Shown here in pieces: positions 27,554-51,400 of a stretch of DNA of 64,000 nucleotides. The position numbers and the translations under genes are program-made. This stretch comes from the human T2T-CHM13v2.0 reference genome, Homo sapiens. The notes under the pieces were generated by a model. The model saw only the letters and a list, made by a program, of their open reading frames with translations, ran no database searches and was not told the DNA's origin. The stretch spans positions 6,208,001-6,272,000 of the forward strand of contig CP068257.2 in the NCBI GenBank assembly GCA_009914755.4, read 5' to 3'. Every line of letters starts with the position of its first letter. Within the stretch, counting starts at the first letter, position 1.

Positions 27554-30500
27554 CCTGTAGAATAGTTACATCTCCTGGATGATCAGTTCACAAATAAGTC
27601 ACAATGCCCCCTCCCTGCAGAGCTTAGAGAAGATTTGCATCATTTGGGTGTTCAGCGCAGAGATAAATAACAATGTCCCCTGTACAAAAAGCCTGGAAAT
27701 GATTTACATCACCTCGGTGATCAGTGCATAGGTATGTCAGAAATCCCCAGTAAGCTGAACCTAGACAAGGGTTACATCACTTAGGTGATCAGTGTAGAGA
27801 TATGTGAAAATTCCCATGTAGACAGAGCCTAGACAAGTGTTACATCACCCAGTGATCATTGCAGGGGTAATTCGTGAAGCCTCCTTTAGGCAGAGTGTAG
27901 ACAAGTGATTCCTCTCTGGGGTGATCAGTGCATAGATATGTCACAAAGCCCCTGTAAGCTGAACCTTGACAAGGGTTACATCACCTGTTTGATCACTGGA
28001 TATGTATATCACACAGCCCCCTGTAGGCAAAGCCCAGACAATTGTCACATCACCTGAGTGAGCAGTGGAGAGATCTGTCACAATGACCCTGTAGGCAGAG
28101 CTTAGACAAGTGTTACATCACCTGGGTGATCAGTGCAGAGATATGACAAAACGCTCCTGTAGGCTAAACCTAGACAGGAGTTACATCACCCAGGTGATCA
28201 GGGCAGAGATATGTGAGAATTCCCGGGTAGGCAGAGCCTAGACAAGTGTTACATCACCTAGGTTATCAGTGCAGGTATAAGTCATAAAGTCTCCTGTAGG
28301 CAGAGTGTAGACAAGAGTTACCTCCCCAGGGTGATCAGTGCAGAGATGTGTCACAAAGCCCCTGTAGCAGAGCCTATACAAGAGTTTCATCACTTGGTTG
28401 ATCAGTTCAGAGATGTGTCACAATGTCCATGTAGACAGATCTAAGACAAGAGTCCATCACCTGGGTGATCAGTGCAGAGATATGTACCAATGGCCCTGTA
28501 GGTTGGGCCTAGACAAGAGTTGCATCACCTCAGAGATCATTGCATAGATATGTCACAAAGCCTTCTGTAGGCAAAGTCCATATAAGGCTTACAACACCTA
28601 GGTGATCAGTGCAGTGATATGTCACAAAAATCCCTATAGACAGAGCCTAGAAAGAGTTACATCACCTTTGTGATCAGTGCAGATATTTGACACAATGCCC
28701 CCAAAGACAGAGCCTAGAAAAGAGTTACATCACCTGGGTGATCAGTGCAGATATTTGACACAATGCCCCCATAGACAGAGCCTAGACAAGACTTCCATCA
28801 CCTGGGTGATCAGTGCAGAGATATGTCACAAATCCCCCTCTAGGCAGAGTATCGAGAAGAGTCCCATCACCTGGGTGATCAGTGCAGAGATATTTCACAA
28901 TGCCCCCTGTAGGCAGAGAGTGGACAAGAGTTACATAACCTAGGTGATCTGTGCAGAGCTATGTCAAAACGCCCCTGTTGGCTGAGCATAGATAAATGTT
29001 ACATCACCTGGGTGATCTGTGCAGATACGTCACAATAGCCCCTGTAGGTGTAGCCTAGACAAGAGTTACATCACCTGGGTGATCAGTGCAGAAATATGTC
29101 ACAAAACCCCTGTAGGCAGAGCCTAAACAAGAGTTACATCACCTGGGTTATCAGTGCTGAAATATGTCACAAAGCTCCTGTAGGCCGAGCCTAGACAAGA
29201 GTTACATCTCCTGGGTGATCAGTGCAAAGGTATGTCACAAAGCTCCCTGTAGACAAATCCCAGAAAATTATTACATTACCTGGGTGATCAGTGGAGGTAT
29301 CTGTCACAATTCCCCTTTAGGCGCAGCTTAGACAAGCATTATATCACATAAGTGATCAGTGCAGAGATATGTCACTATGCCCCCATAGGCAGATCCAAGA
29401 CAAGAGTCCATCAACTGGGTGATCAGTGCAGAAATATGCCACAATGCCGCCAGTAGGCAGATATAGACAAGAGTTACATCACCTGCGTGATCACTGCAGA
29501 GATATGTCACAAAACCCCAGTAGGCAGAGCGTAGACAAGAGTCCCATCACCTGGGTGATCAGTGCAGAGTTATGTCACAATGCCCCCTTTTGGCAGGCCT
29601 AGACAAGGGTTACATCACCTGGGTGATCAGTGCAGAGATGTGTCACAAGCCCCCTGTAGCCAGAGCGTTGACAAGTGTTACATCAGCTGTGTGATCAGTG
29701 CAGTGACATGTCTCAATGTCCCTGTAGCCATATCCTTGACAAAAGTGACATCACCTGGGTGACCAGTGCAGAGATATGTCACAAGATCTCCATTAGGCAG
29801 AGCCTAGACAAGAGTTACATCACCTGGGTGATCAGGGCAGAGATGTGTCACAATGACCCCTGTAAGCAGATCCCAGAAAGAGTTGCATCACCTCGGTGAT
29901 CAGTTCAGAGATATATCTCAATGCCCCCTGTCGGCGAAGCCTATACAAGAGTTACATCATCTCGGTCATCAGTGCAGTGATATGTTAAAATACCCCTGTA
30001 GGCAGAGCCCAGACAACAGTTACATCACCTGGGTGATCAGTGCAGAGATATCTCACAATAACCCCTGTAAGCAGAGCCTAGAAAAGAGTTACATCACCTG
30101 GCTGATTAGTGCAGAGATACGTCATAAATCCCACTATAGGCAAGCCTAGGCAAGCCTAGACAATTTTACATCACCTCAGCGATCAGTTCAGAGATACGTC
30201 CTGATGTCCCTCTAGGCAGAGCTCAGACAAGTGTCACGTGTCTTGGGTGATCAGTGCAGAGATAAGTCACAATGCCCACGTATGCAGAGCATAGACAAGA
30301 GTTGTAAAGCCTCCTGTAGGCAGAGTGTAGACAAGTGTTTCCTCCCTGTGGTGATCAGTGCAGAGATATGTCACAAAGCCCCTGTAAACAGAACCTTGAC
30401 AAGGGTTACATCACCTGTTTGATCAGTGGAAATGTATATCACAAAGTCCCTTGTAGGCAAAGCCCTGACAATTGTTACATCACCTGGGTGAGCAGTGGAG

Positions 30501-33500
30501 AGATCTGTCACAATGCCCCTGTAGGCAGAGCTTTGACAAGGGTAACATCACCTCAGTGATCAGCACAGAGGTATGTCAAAACGGTCCTATAGGCTGAACC
30601 TAGACAGGAGTTACTTCACCTGGGTGATGAGTGCAGAGATATGTGAGAATTTCCGTGTAAACAGGGCCTAGACAAGTGTTACTTCACCTAGGTTATCAGT
30701 GCAGGTATAAGTCATAAAACTCCTATTGGCAGAGCGTAGACAAGAGTTCCCGCCGCAGGGTGATCAAAGCAGTGATGTGTCACATAGCCCCTGTAGGCAG
30801 AGGCTAGACAAGGGTTTCATCACTTGGTTGATCAGTTCAGAGATGTGTCACAATGTCCATGTAGGCAGATCTAAGACAAGAGTCCATCAACTGGGTGATC
30901 AGTGTAGAGATATGTACCAATGTCCCCTGTAGGCAGTGCCTAGACAAGAGTTGCATCACCTCAGAGATCAGTACATAGATATGTCACAAATCCTTCTGTA
31001 AGCAAAGCTCATACAAGACTTACATCAGCTAGGTGATCACTGCAGTGGTATGTCACAAAAATCCCTGTAGACAGAGCCTAGCAAAGAGTTACATTACCTG
31101 GGTGATCAGTGCAGATATTTGACACAATGCCCCCAAAGACAGATCCTAGACAAGAATTCCATCACCTGGGTGATCAGTGCAGAGATATGTCACAAACCCC
31201 CACTAGGCAGAGTATAGAGAAGAGTCCCATCACCTGGGAGATGAGTGCAGATATATTTCACAACACACCTGCAGGCAGAGCGTGGACAAGTGATACATAA
31301 CCTAGGTGATCTGTGCAGAGCTATGTCAAAACGCCCCTGCAGGGAGAGCCTAGATAAATGTTACATCACCTCGATAATCTGTGCAGAGATACGTCACAAT
31401 ACCCCATGTACGTGGAACCCAGACAACAGTTATATTACCTGGGTGATCAGTACAGAAATATGTCACAAAACCCCTGTAGGCCGAGCCTAGAAAAGAGTTA
31501 CATCTCCTGGGTGATCAATGCAAAGATATGTCACAAAGCCCCCTGCAGACAAGTCCCAGAAAATTGTTACATCACCTGGGTGATCAGTGGAGATATCTGT
31601 CACAATTCACCTTGAGGCGCAGCTTAGACAAGCGTTACGTCACATGAGTGATCAGTGCAGAGATATGTCACTATGCCCCAATAGGCAGATCCAAGACAAG
31701 AGCCCATCACCTGGTTGATCAGTGCAGAAATATGCCACAATGCCGCTAGTAGGCAGATATAGGCAAGAGTTACATCACCTGCATGATCACTGCAGACATA
31801 TGTCACAATGCTCCTGTAGGCAGAGCCTAGACAAGAGTCCCATCACCTGAGTGATCAGTGAAGAGTTATGTCACAATGCACCATTTTGTCAGAGCCTAGA
31901 CAAGGGTTACATCACCTGGGTGATCACTGCAGAGATGTGTCACAAGCCCCCTATACCCAGAGCCTAAACAAGTGTTACATCAGCTGTGTGATCAGTGCAG
32001 TAACATGTCACAATGTCCCTGTAGCCATATCCTTGACAAAAGTGACATCACCTGGGTGATCAGTGCGGAGATATGTCACAATGTCTCCAGTAGGCAGAGC
32101 CTAGACAAGAGATACATCACCTCGGTGATCAATGCAGAGATATCTCACAATACCCCCTGTAAGCAGAGGCTAGACAAGACTTACATCACCTGGGTGATCA
32201 GTGCAGAGATATGTCATAAATCCCACTGTAGGCAAAGCCTAGACAGTTTTACATCACCTCAGCGATCAGTGCAGAGATATGTCCCAATGTTCCTCTAGGC
32301 AGAGCTTAGGAAAGAGTCACATCTCCTGGGTAATCAGTGCAGAGTTAAGTCACAATGCCCCCATAGGCAGAGCCTAGACAACACTTACATAACCCGGGTG
32401 ATCCGTGCAGAGTGATGTCACAACGCCCTCTGTAGGCAGAGACTTGAAAAGGGTTACATCACCTGGGTGATCAGTGCAGAGATATGTCACTATGTCCCCT
32501 GTAGGCAGAGCATAGAGAAGAGTTGCATCACCTGGGTGATTAGTGCAGATATATGTCACAATGTCCCCTGTAGGCAAAGCCTAGGCAAGAGTTACATCAC
32601 CTTTGTCATCAGTTCAGGGATATGGGAAAACGTTCCTGTAGGCAGAGCCTAGACAAAGTTACATCACCTAGCTGATCAGTGCAGAGATATTTCACAATAC
32701 CCCCTATAAGCAGATCCTAGACAAGATTTGAATCACCTGGGTGAACAGTGCAGAGATATTTCACAATGCCCCCTTTGGGCAGAGGGTAGACAAGAGTTAC
32801 ATCACCTAGGTGATCAGTGCAAAGAGTTGTCAAAATTCTCTGTAGGCAGTGCGTACAAAAGTGTTACACCACATAAGTGATCAGTGCAGAGATATGTCAC
32901 AAAGCTCCTGTAGGCAGAACTTAGATGAGTTACATCACCTTGGTGATCAGTGCAAAGGTATGTCAATAAGCCCCCGGTAGGCAAAGCCTAGACAATAGTT
33001 ACATCAGTTCGGTGATCAGTGGCAAGATCTCTCACAATTCCCCTGTCGGCAGAGCTTATACAACCGTTACATCACCTGGGTGATCAGTGCAGAGATATGT
33101 CACAATGCCCTCATAGGCAGATCCAAGACAAGAGTCCGTCACCTGGGTGATCAGTGCCGAAACATGTCACAATGCCCCCTTAGGCAGAGCCTAGACAAAA
33201 ACCCCTTTACCTGGATGATCAGTGCAGATTTATGTCACAAAGTCCCTTTAGGCAGATCCTAGACAAGAGTTAAATCACTTGGATGATCAGTGCAGAGATA
33301 TGTCACAATACCACTCAACCCAGAGCCTAGAAAACGGTTACATGACCTAGGTGATTAGTGCAGAGATACATCGCAATGTCCTTGTAGGCAGAGCCTTGAC
33401 AAGTGGTACATCACCTGGGTGATCATTGCAGGGATATGTCACAAAGCACCCTGTAGGCAGATCCTAGAAAACAGTTACATCATCTGGGTGATCATTGCAA

Positions 33501-34795
33501 AGATATGTCACAATGTCAATGTAGGCAGAGGCTAGACAAGTGTTACATGACCTAGGTGATCAGTGCAGAGATACATCGCAATGCCCCTGTAGGCAGAGTC
33601 TTGGCAAGTGGTATATCACCTGGTTGATCATTGCAGGGATATGTCACAAAGCACCCTGTGGGCAGATCCTAGAGAAGAGTTATATCACCTGGGTGATCAG
33701 TGCAGAGATATGTCACAAGACCCCTGTAGGCAGAGCCTAGACAAGAGTTATATCACCTGGGTGATCAGTGCAGTGAAATGTCAAAATGCCGTGTGGCCAG
33801 AGCCTAGACGAAAGTTACAGCACCTGGGAGATCAGTGCAGAGATATGTCACAATATCCCCAGTAGGCAGAGACCAGGCAAGAGTTGCATCACCTGGGGAT
33901 CAGTGCAGAGATATGTCTCAATCCCCCTGTGGGCACAGCCTCGACAACAGTTACATCACCTCGGTTAACAGTGCAGAGATATGTCAAAATGCCCCTGTAG
34001 GCAGAGCCTACAAAATTGTTACATCACTTAGGTGATCAGTGCAGAGATATGTCACAGTACCCCCTGTAAGCAGAGCCAGACCAGAGTTAGATCACCAGGG
34101 TGATCAATGCAGAGATATGTGACCATTCCCCTTTAAGCAGAGCCTAGACAATTGTCACATCACCTGAGTGATCAGTGCAGAGATCTGTCACAATGCCCCT
34201 TAAGGCAGAGCTTAGACCAGAGTTACATCACCTGGATGATCAGTGCAGAGATATGTCACAGAGCCCCCATAGGCAAATCCAAGACATGATTCCATCACCT
34301 GAGTGATCAGTGCAGAAATTTATGACAATGACCCCAGTAAGCAGAGCCTAGAGAAGGGTCCCATCACGTAGATGATCAGTGCAGAGTTATGTCACAAGGC
34401 CCCCTATAGGCAGAATCTGGACAAGAGTTACATCACCTCGGTGATTAAAGCGGTGATATGTCACTATACCCTGTAGGCAGAGCCTAGTCAAGCGTTACAT
34501 CACCTGGGTGATCAGTGCAGAGCTATGCCACAAAGCCCCCATACACAGAGCCTAGAAAAGTGTCTCATCACTTGGGTGATCAGTGCAGAAATATGTCACA
34601 ATGCCCCCATAGGCAGATCCAACACAAGAGTTACATCACCTGGGTGATCAGTGTAGATATGTCACAATGCCCCCATAGGCAGAGACTACACAAAAGTCCC
34701 ATCACCTGGGTGATCAGTGCAGAGATATGTCACAAAGCCCTTGTAGGCAGAGCCTAGACAAGTGTTACATCACTTTGTTGATCAGTTCAGAGATG
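27554..34795 (+). repeat. Beta-satellite array, about 7.2 kb, roughly twice the length of neighbouring blocks. It contains at least two copies of a ~2.3-kb higher-order repeat.
   Basis: 68-bp monomers. Distinctive variant monomers recur at ~2.3-2.4-kb spacing: 28677 vs 31109, 29328 vs 31624, 29562 vs 31868. Confidence 0.85.
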
Positions 34796-37575
<2,780 letters not shown>

Positions 37576-40071
37576 CCTGGAAAATAGTTACATCTCCTGG
37601 ATGATCGTTTCAGAAATTTGTCACAATGCTCCCTCCCTGCAGAGTCTAGAGAAGATTTGCATCATTTGGGTGATCAGTGCAGAGATATATCACAATGTCC
37701 CCTGTACAAAAAGCCTGGAAATGGTTTACATCACCTCGGTGATCAGTGCATAGGTATGTCAGAAATCCCCAGTAGGCTGAACCTAGAAAAGTGTTGCATC
37801 ACTTAGGTGATCAGTGTAGTGATATGTGAAAATTCCCGTGCAGACAGAGCCTAGACAAGTGTTACACCACATAGTGATCAGTGCAGGGATAAGTCCTAAA
37901 GCTTCCTGTAGGCAGAGTGTAGACAACTGTTTCCTCCCTGTGGTGATCAGTGTAGTGATATGTCTCAAAGCCCCTGTAAGCAGAACCTTGACAAGGGTTA
38001 CATCACCTGTTAGATCAGTAGAAACGTATATCACAAAGCCCCCTGAAGGCAAAGCCCAGACAATTGTTACATCACCTGGGTGAGCAGTGGAGAGATCTGT
38101 CACAATGCCCCAGTAGGCAGAGCTTAGACAAGGGTTACATCACCTGGGTGATCAGTGTAGAGATATGTCAAAACGCTCCTGTAGTCTGAACCTAGACAGG
38201 AGTTACACCACCTGGGTTATCAGTGCAGAGATATGTGAGAATTCCCGTGTAGGCAGAGCCTGGACAAGTGTTACATCACCTAGGTTATCAGTGCAGGTAT
38301 AAGTCGTAAAGCCCCCTGTAGACAGAGCGTAGAAAAGAGTTTCTTTCCCAGGGTGATCAGTCCAGAGATGTGTCACAAAGCCCCTGTAGGCAGAGCCTAG
38401 ACAAGAGTTTCATCACTTGGTTGATCAGTTCAGAGATGTGTCACAATTTCCATGTAGGCAGATCTAAGACAAGAGTCCATTACCTGGGTGATCAGTGCAG
38501 AGATATGTCACAATGCCACTGTAGGCAGAGCCTAGACAAGAGTTACATGACTTAGGTGATCAGTGCAGAGATACATCGCAATGCCCCTGTAGCAGAGCCT
38601 TGACAATTGGTATATCACCTGGGTGATCATTGCAGGCAAATGTCACAAAGCACCCTGTAGGCAGATCCTAGAAAAGAGTTACATCACCTGGGTGATCAGT
38701 GCAGAGATATGTCATAATGCCACTGGAGGCAGAGCCTAGACAAGAGTTACATGACCTAGGTGATCAGTGCATATATACATCGCAATGCCCCTGTAAGCAG
38801 AACCTTAACAAGTGGTATATCACCTGGGTGATCATTGCAGTGATATGTCACAAAGCACCCTGTAGGCAGATCCTAGAGAAGAGTTATATCACCTGGGTGA
38901 TCAGTACAGAGATATGTCACAAGCCCCCTGTAGGCAGAGCCTAGACAAGAGTTATATCACCAGGGTGATCAGTGCAGTGATATGTCACAATGCCGTGTAG
39001 CCAGAGCCTAGACTAAAGTTACAGCACCTGGGAGGTCAGTGCAGAGATATGTCACAATGTCCCCAGTAGACACAGACCAGGCAAGAGTTGGATCACAGAG
39101 GGATCACTGCAGTGATATGTCTCAATCCCCCTGTGGGCATAACCTACACAAGAGTTACATCACCTCGGTTAACATTGCAGAGATATGTCAAAATGCCCCT
39201 GTAAGCAGAGCCTACACAAATGTTACATCACTTAGGTGATCAGTGCAGAGATATGTTACAATACCCCCTGTTAGCAGAGCCTAGACAAGAGTTGCATCAC
39301 CTGGGTGATCAGAGCAGAGATGTGTGACAAGGCTCCTTTAAGCAGAGCGTAGACAATAGTTACATCACCTGAGTGATCAGTGCAGAGATCTGTCACAATG
39401 CCCCTTTAGGCAGAGCTTAGACCAGAGTTACATCACCTGGGTGATCAGTGCAGTGATATTTCACAATGCCCCCATAGGCAAATTCAAGACAAGAGTCCGT
39501 CACTTGGGTGATCAGTGCAGAAATATGTGACCATGCCCCCTGTAGGCAGAGCCTAGAGAAGAGTCCCATCACCTGGGTAATCAGTGCAGAGATATTTCAC
39601 AATGCCCCTGCAGGCAGAGCATAAGCAAGAGTTACATCACCGAGAAGATCAGTGCAGAGATATGTCACAAGGCCCCCTATAGGCAGAGCTTGGACAAGAG
39701 TTACATCACCTTCGTGATCAATGCAGTTGTATGTCACTATGCCCCGTAGGCAGAGCCTAGTCAAGCGTTACATCACCTGGGTGATCAGTGCAGAGATATG
39801 TCACAAAGCTCCCATACATAGAGCCTAGACAAGAGTCGCATCACCTGGGTGATCAGTGCAGAAATATGTCACAATGCCCCCATAGGCAGATCCAACACAA
39901 GAGTTACATCACCTGGATGATCAGTGTAGAGATATGTCAAAAAGCCCCCACAGGCAGAACCTAGACAAAAGTCCCATCACCTGGGTGATCAGTGCAGAGA
40001 TATATCACAAAGCCCCTGTAGGCAGAGCCTAGACAAGGGTTACATCACTTTGTTGATCAGTTCAGAGATGT
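37576..40071 (+). repeat. Beta-satellite array
   Basis: 68-bp monomers. Confidence 0.9.
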
Positions 40072-42843
<2,772 letters not shown>

Positions 42844-43219
42844 TGCAGAATACTTACATCTCCTGGATGATCAGTTCAGAAATATGTCACAATGACCCCT
42901 CCCTGCGGAGCCCAGAGAAGATTTGCATCATTTGGGTGATCAGTGCAGAGATATTTCACAATGTCACCTGCAAAAAAAGCCTGGAAATGATTTATGTCAC
43001 CTCGGTGATCAGTGCATAGGTATGTCAGAAATCCCCAGTAGGCTGAACCTAGACAAGGGTTACATCACTTAGGTGAACAGTGTAGAGATATGTGAAAATT
43101 CCCGTGTAGACAGAGCCTAGACAAGAGTTACATCACCTAGTGATCAGTGCAGGGATAAGTCGTAAAGTCTCCTGTAGGCAGAGGGTAGAAAAGTGTTTCC
43201 TCCTTGGGGTGATCAGTGC
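42844..43219 (+). repeat. Beta-satellite, + orientation; short block ending at the inversion breakpoint
   Basis: 68-bp monomers. The last complete + motif is GGTGATCAGTGC at 43208-43219. Confidence 0.85.
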
Positions 43220-43998
<779 letters not shown>

Positions 43999-43999
43999 G

Positions 44000-44012
44000 A
44001 GATGTGACTCTT
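44000..44012. repeat. Target-site duplication, right copy (AGATGTGACTCTT)
   Basis: Direct repeat of 43729-43741 flanking the Alu. It lies inside a beta-satellite monomer. Confidence 0.75.
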
Positions 44013-45659
44013 GTCTAAGCTCTGCCAAGAGGGACACTGGGACATATCTCTGCACTGATCGCTGAGGTGAGGTAAAACTTGTCTAGGCTTTGCCTACAGT
44101 GGGATTTATGACACATCTCTGCACTGATCACCCACGTGATGTAACTCTTGTCTAGTATCTGCTTACAGGGGATATTGTGAGATATCTCTGCACTGATCAC
44201 CCACATGATGTAACTCTTTTCTAGGCTCGGCCTACAGGGGCTTTGTGACATATCCCTGCACTGATCACCCAGATGATGTAACTCTTGTCTAGGCTCCACC
44301 TACAGAGGGTATTGTAACTTATCTCTGCACTGATCACCCAGGTGATGTAACATGTATCTAGGCTATGCCTACAGGGGCTTTTTGACATAGCTCTGCACAG
44401 ATCACCTAGGTTATGTAACTCTTTTCCACTCTCTGCCTACAGAGGGCATTGTGAAATATCTCTGCACTGATCACCCAGGTGATGGAAGTCTTGTCTAGGC
44501 TCTGTCTATGGGGGCATTCTGTTAAATATCTGCCCTGATCACCCAGGTGATGTAACTCTATTCTAGGCTCTGTCTACAGGGATTTTTGTGACATATCACT
44601 GCACTGATCACCTAGGTGATGTAAGCCTTGTATGAGCTTTGCCTATAGAGGCTTTGTGACATATCTATGCCCTGATCTCTGAGGTTATGCAACTCTTGTC
44701 TAGGCACTGCCTGCAGGGGACATTGGTACATATCTCTGCTCAGATCACCCATATTATGGACACTTGTCTTAGATCTGCCTACATGGACATTGTGACACAT
44801 CTCTGAACTGATCAACCAAGTGATGAAACTCTTGTCTAGGCTCTGCCTACAGGGGCTTTGTGACACTTCTCTGCACTGATCACCCTGGGGAGGGAACTCT
44901 TGCTACGCTCTGCCTATAGGAGGCTTTATGACTTATACCTGCACTGATAACCAAGGTGATATAACACTTGTCTAGGCTCTGCCTACAGTGGAATTCTCAC
45001 ATATCTCTGCACTGATCACCTGGGTGATGTAACTCCTGTCTAGGTTCAGCCTACAGGAACGTTTTGACATATCTCTGCACTGATCACCCAGGTGGTGTAA
45101 CCCTTGTCTAAGCTCTGCCTACAGGGGCATTGTGACAGATCTCTCCACTGCTCACTCAGGTGATGTAACAATTGTCTGGGCTTTGCCTACAGGGGGCTTT
45201 GTGATATACATTTCCACTGATCAAACAGGTGATGTAACCCTTGTCAAAGTTCTGCTTACAGGGGCTTTGTGACATATCTCTGCACTGATCACCCCAGGGA
45301 GGAAACACTTTTCTACACTCTGCCTATGGGAGGCTTTATGACTATTCCCTGCACTGATCACTAGGTGATGTAACAGCTGTCTAAGCTCTGTCTACAAGGA
45401 AAATTTCACATATCTCTAAACTGATCACGTAAGTGATGTAACCCTTGTCTAGGATCAGCCTACTGGGGATTTCTGACATACCTATGCACTGATCACCGAG
45501 GTGACGTAAATCATTTCCAGGCTTTTTGTACAGGGGACATTGTGATATATCTCTGTGCTGATCACCCAAATGATGCAAATCTTCTCTAGGCTCCGCAGGG
45601 AGGGGGCATTGTGACATATTTCTGAACTGATCATTCAGGAAATGTAACTATTCTCCAGG
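44013..45659 (-). repeat. Beta-satellite array, inverted orientation
   Basis: 68-bp monomers. The last monomers before unit G (...CATTGTGACATATTTCTGAACTGATCATTCAGGAAATGTAACTATTCTCCAGGC) are the reverse complement of the pLAM-like tail seen after + units. Confidence 0.9.
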
Positions 45660-48441
<2,782 letters not shown>

Positions 48442-51400
48442 CACATCTCTGAACTGATCAACAAAGTGATGTAACCCTTGTCTAGGCTCGGCCTACAGGG
48501 GCTTTGTGACATATCTCTGCACTGATCACCCAGCTGATGGGACGTTTGTCAAGGATCTGTCCATGGGGGCATTGTGACATATCTCTACACTGATCACCCA
48601 GGTGATGTAACTCTTGTGTAGTCTCTGCCTATGGGGGCATTGTGACTTATTCCTGCACTGATCACCCAGGTAATGGGACTCTTGTCTAGACTCTGTGTAT
48701 GGGGGCTTTGTGACATATCTCTGCATTGATCACCCAGGTGATGTAACGCTTGACTAGGCTCTGCCTACGGGGCATAGTGACATATCACTGCATTGATCAC
48801 CGAGGTGATGTAACTCTTGTCCAGATTCTGCCTATAGGGGACCTTGTGACATATCTCTGCACTGATCACGCAGGTCATGTAACACTTGCTTACCCTCTGC
48901 CTGCAGGGGCATTGTGAAATATCTCTGCACTGATCACCCAGGTGATGGGACTCTTCTCTAGGCTCTGCCTACTGGGGGCATTGTCACATATTTCTGCACT
49001 GATCACCCAGGTGATGGACTCTTGTCTTGGATTTGCCTATGGGGGCATTGTGACATATCTCTGCACTGACCACCCAGGTGATGTAACTCTGGTCTCAGCG
49101 CTGCCTAAAGGGGCATTGTGACAGATCTCTGCACTAATCACTCAGGTGATGTAACAATTGTCTAGGCTCTGTTTAAAGGGGCCTTGTCACATATCTCTGC
49201 ACTGATCACCCAGGTGATGTAACTCTTGTCTAGGCTCTGCTTACAGGGGGTATTGTGACATATCTCTGCACTGATAACCTAAGTGATGTAACACTTGTGT
49301 AGGCTCTGCATACAGGGGCATTTTGACATACCTCTGCACTGTTAACCAAGATGATGTAACTTTTGTCTAGGCTGTGTCCACAGGGGGATTGAGACAAATC
49401 TCTGCACTGATCTCGAGGTGATCCAACTCTTGCCTGGTCTCTGCCTACTCGGGATATTGTGACATATCTCTGCACTGATCTCCCAGGTGCTGTAACTTTA
49501 GTCTAGGCTCCGGCTACACGGCATTGTGACATATCACTGCAATAATCACCCAGGTGATATAACTCTTCTCTAGGCTCTGCCTACAGGGGTCTTGTGACAT
49601 ATATCTGCACTGACCACCCACGTGATGGGACGCTTCTCTAGGCTCTGCCAACAGTGGCATTGTGACATATCTGTGCACTGATCACCCAGCTGATGTAACT
49701 CTTTTCTAAGATCTGCCTACAGGGTGCTTTGTGACATATCCCTGCAATGATCACTCAGGTGATGTACCAATTTTCAAGGGTCTGCCTACAGGGACATTGC
49801 GATGAATCTCTGCACTGATCACCTAGCTCATGTAACTCTTGTCTAGGCTCTGCCTACAGTGGCATTGTGACATATCTATGCACTGATCCCCCAGGTGATT
49901 CGACTCTTGTCTAGAATCTGTCCACAGGGGATATTGTGAAATATCACTGCACTGATCAACTAGGTGGTGTAACTCTTGTCTACCCTCTGTCCAACGGGGT
50001 ATTGTGAAATATCTCTGCACTGATCACCATGGTGATTCAACTCTTGTCTAGGATCTGCCTACAGGGGGTATTGTGAAATATCTCTGCACTGATCAACTAG
50101 GTGGCGGAACTCTTATCTAGGCTCTGCCTACAGGGGCGTTTTCACATATCCCTAAACTGAAGACAAAGGTGATGTAACTCTTGCCTAGGCTTTGCCTACT
50201 GGGGACATTGTGACATATATCTGCACTGATCACCCAGGTGATGCAACTCTTGCCTAGGCTTTGCCTACAGGGGACATTGTGACATATTTCTGCACTGATC
50301 ACCCAGGTGATGCAACTCTTGCCTAGGCTTTGCCTACAGGGGACATTGTGACATATTTCTGCACTGATCACCCAGGTGATGCAACTCTTCTCTGTGCTCT
50401 GACTACAGGGGACATTGTGACATATCTCTGCACTGATCAACCGGGTGATGCAACTCTTCTCCATGCTCTGCCTACAGGGGGCATTGTGAGATATCTCTGC
50501 ACTGATCACCCAGGTGTTGTAACTCTTTTCTAGTCTCTACCTACAGAGGGTGTTCTGACATCACTCTGCAGAGATCACCCGGGATATCTAACTCTTGTCT
50601 AGGCTCTGCCTATGGGGGCATTGTGACTTATCTCTGCACTGATCACCCAGGAGATGTGACTCTTGTCTAAGCTCTGTCTAGAGGGACATTGGAACATATC
50701 TCTGCACTGATCGCTGAGGTGATGTAAAACTTCTCTACGCTTTGCCTAAAGTGGGATTTATGACATATCTCTGCACTGATCACCCAGGTGATATAACTCT
50801 TGTCTAGGCTCTGCCTACAGGGGGGCTTGTGACATATCTCTGCACTGATCACCCAGGTGATATAACTTTTCTCTAGGATCTGCCTACAGGGTACTTTGTG
50901 GCATATCCCTGCAATGATCACCCAGCTGATTTACCGCCTGTCAAGGCTCTGCCTACAGGGACATTGCGATGTATCTCTGCACTGATCACCTAGGTCATGT
51001 AACTCTTGTCTAGGCTCTGCCTACACTGGCATAGTGACATATCTCTGCACTGATCATCCAAGTGATGTAACATTTGTCTAGGATCTGCTTAAAGGGACTT
51101 TGTGACATAACTCTGCACTGATCATCCAGGTGATGGGGCTTTTCTCTAGGCTCTGCCTAAGGTGGCATTGTGAAATATTTCTGCACTGATCACCCAGGTG
51201 ACGGACTCTTGTCTTGGATCTGCCTATGGGCGCATTGTGACATATCTCTGCAGTGATCACCCTGGTGATATAACTGTTGTATAATCTCTGCCTACAGGGG
51301 AACTGTGAGAGATCTCTCCACTAATCACCCAAGTAAGGTAACTATTGTCTAGGCTTTGCCTACAGGGGGCTTTGTGATATACATTTGCACTGATCACCCA

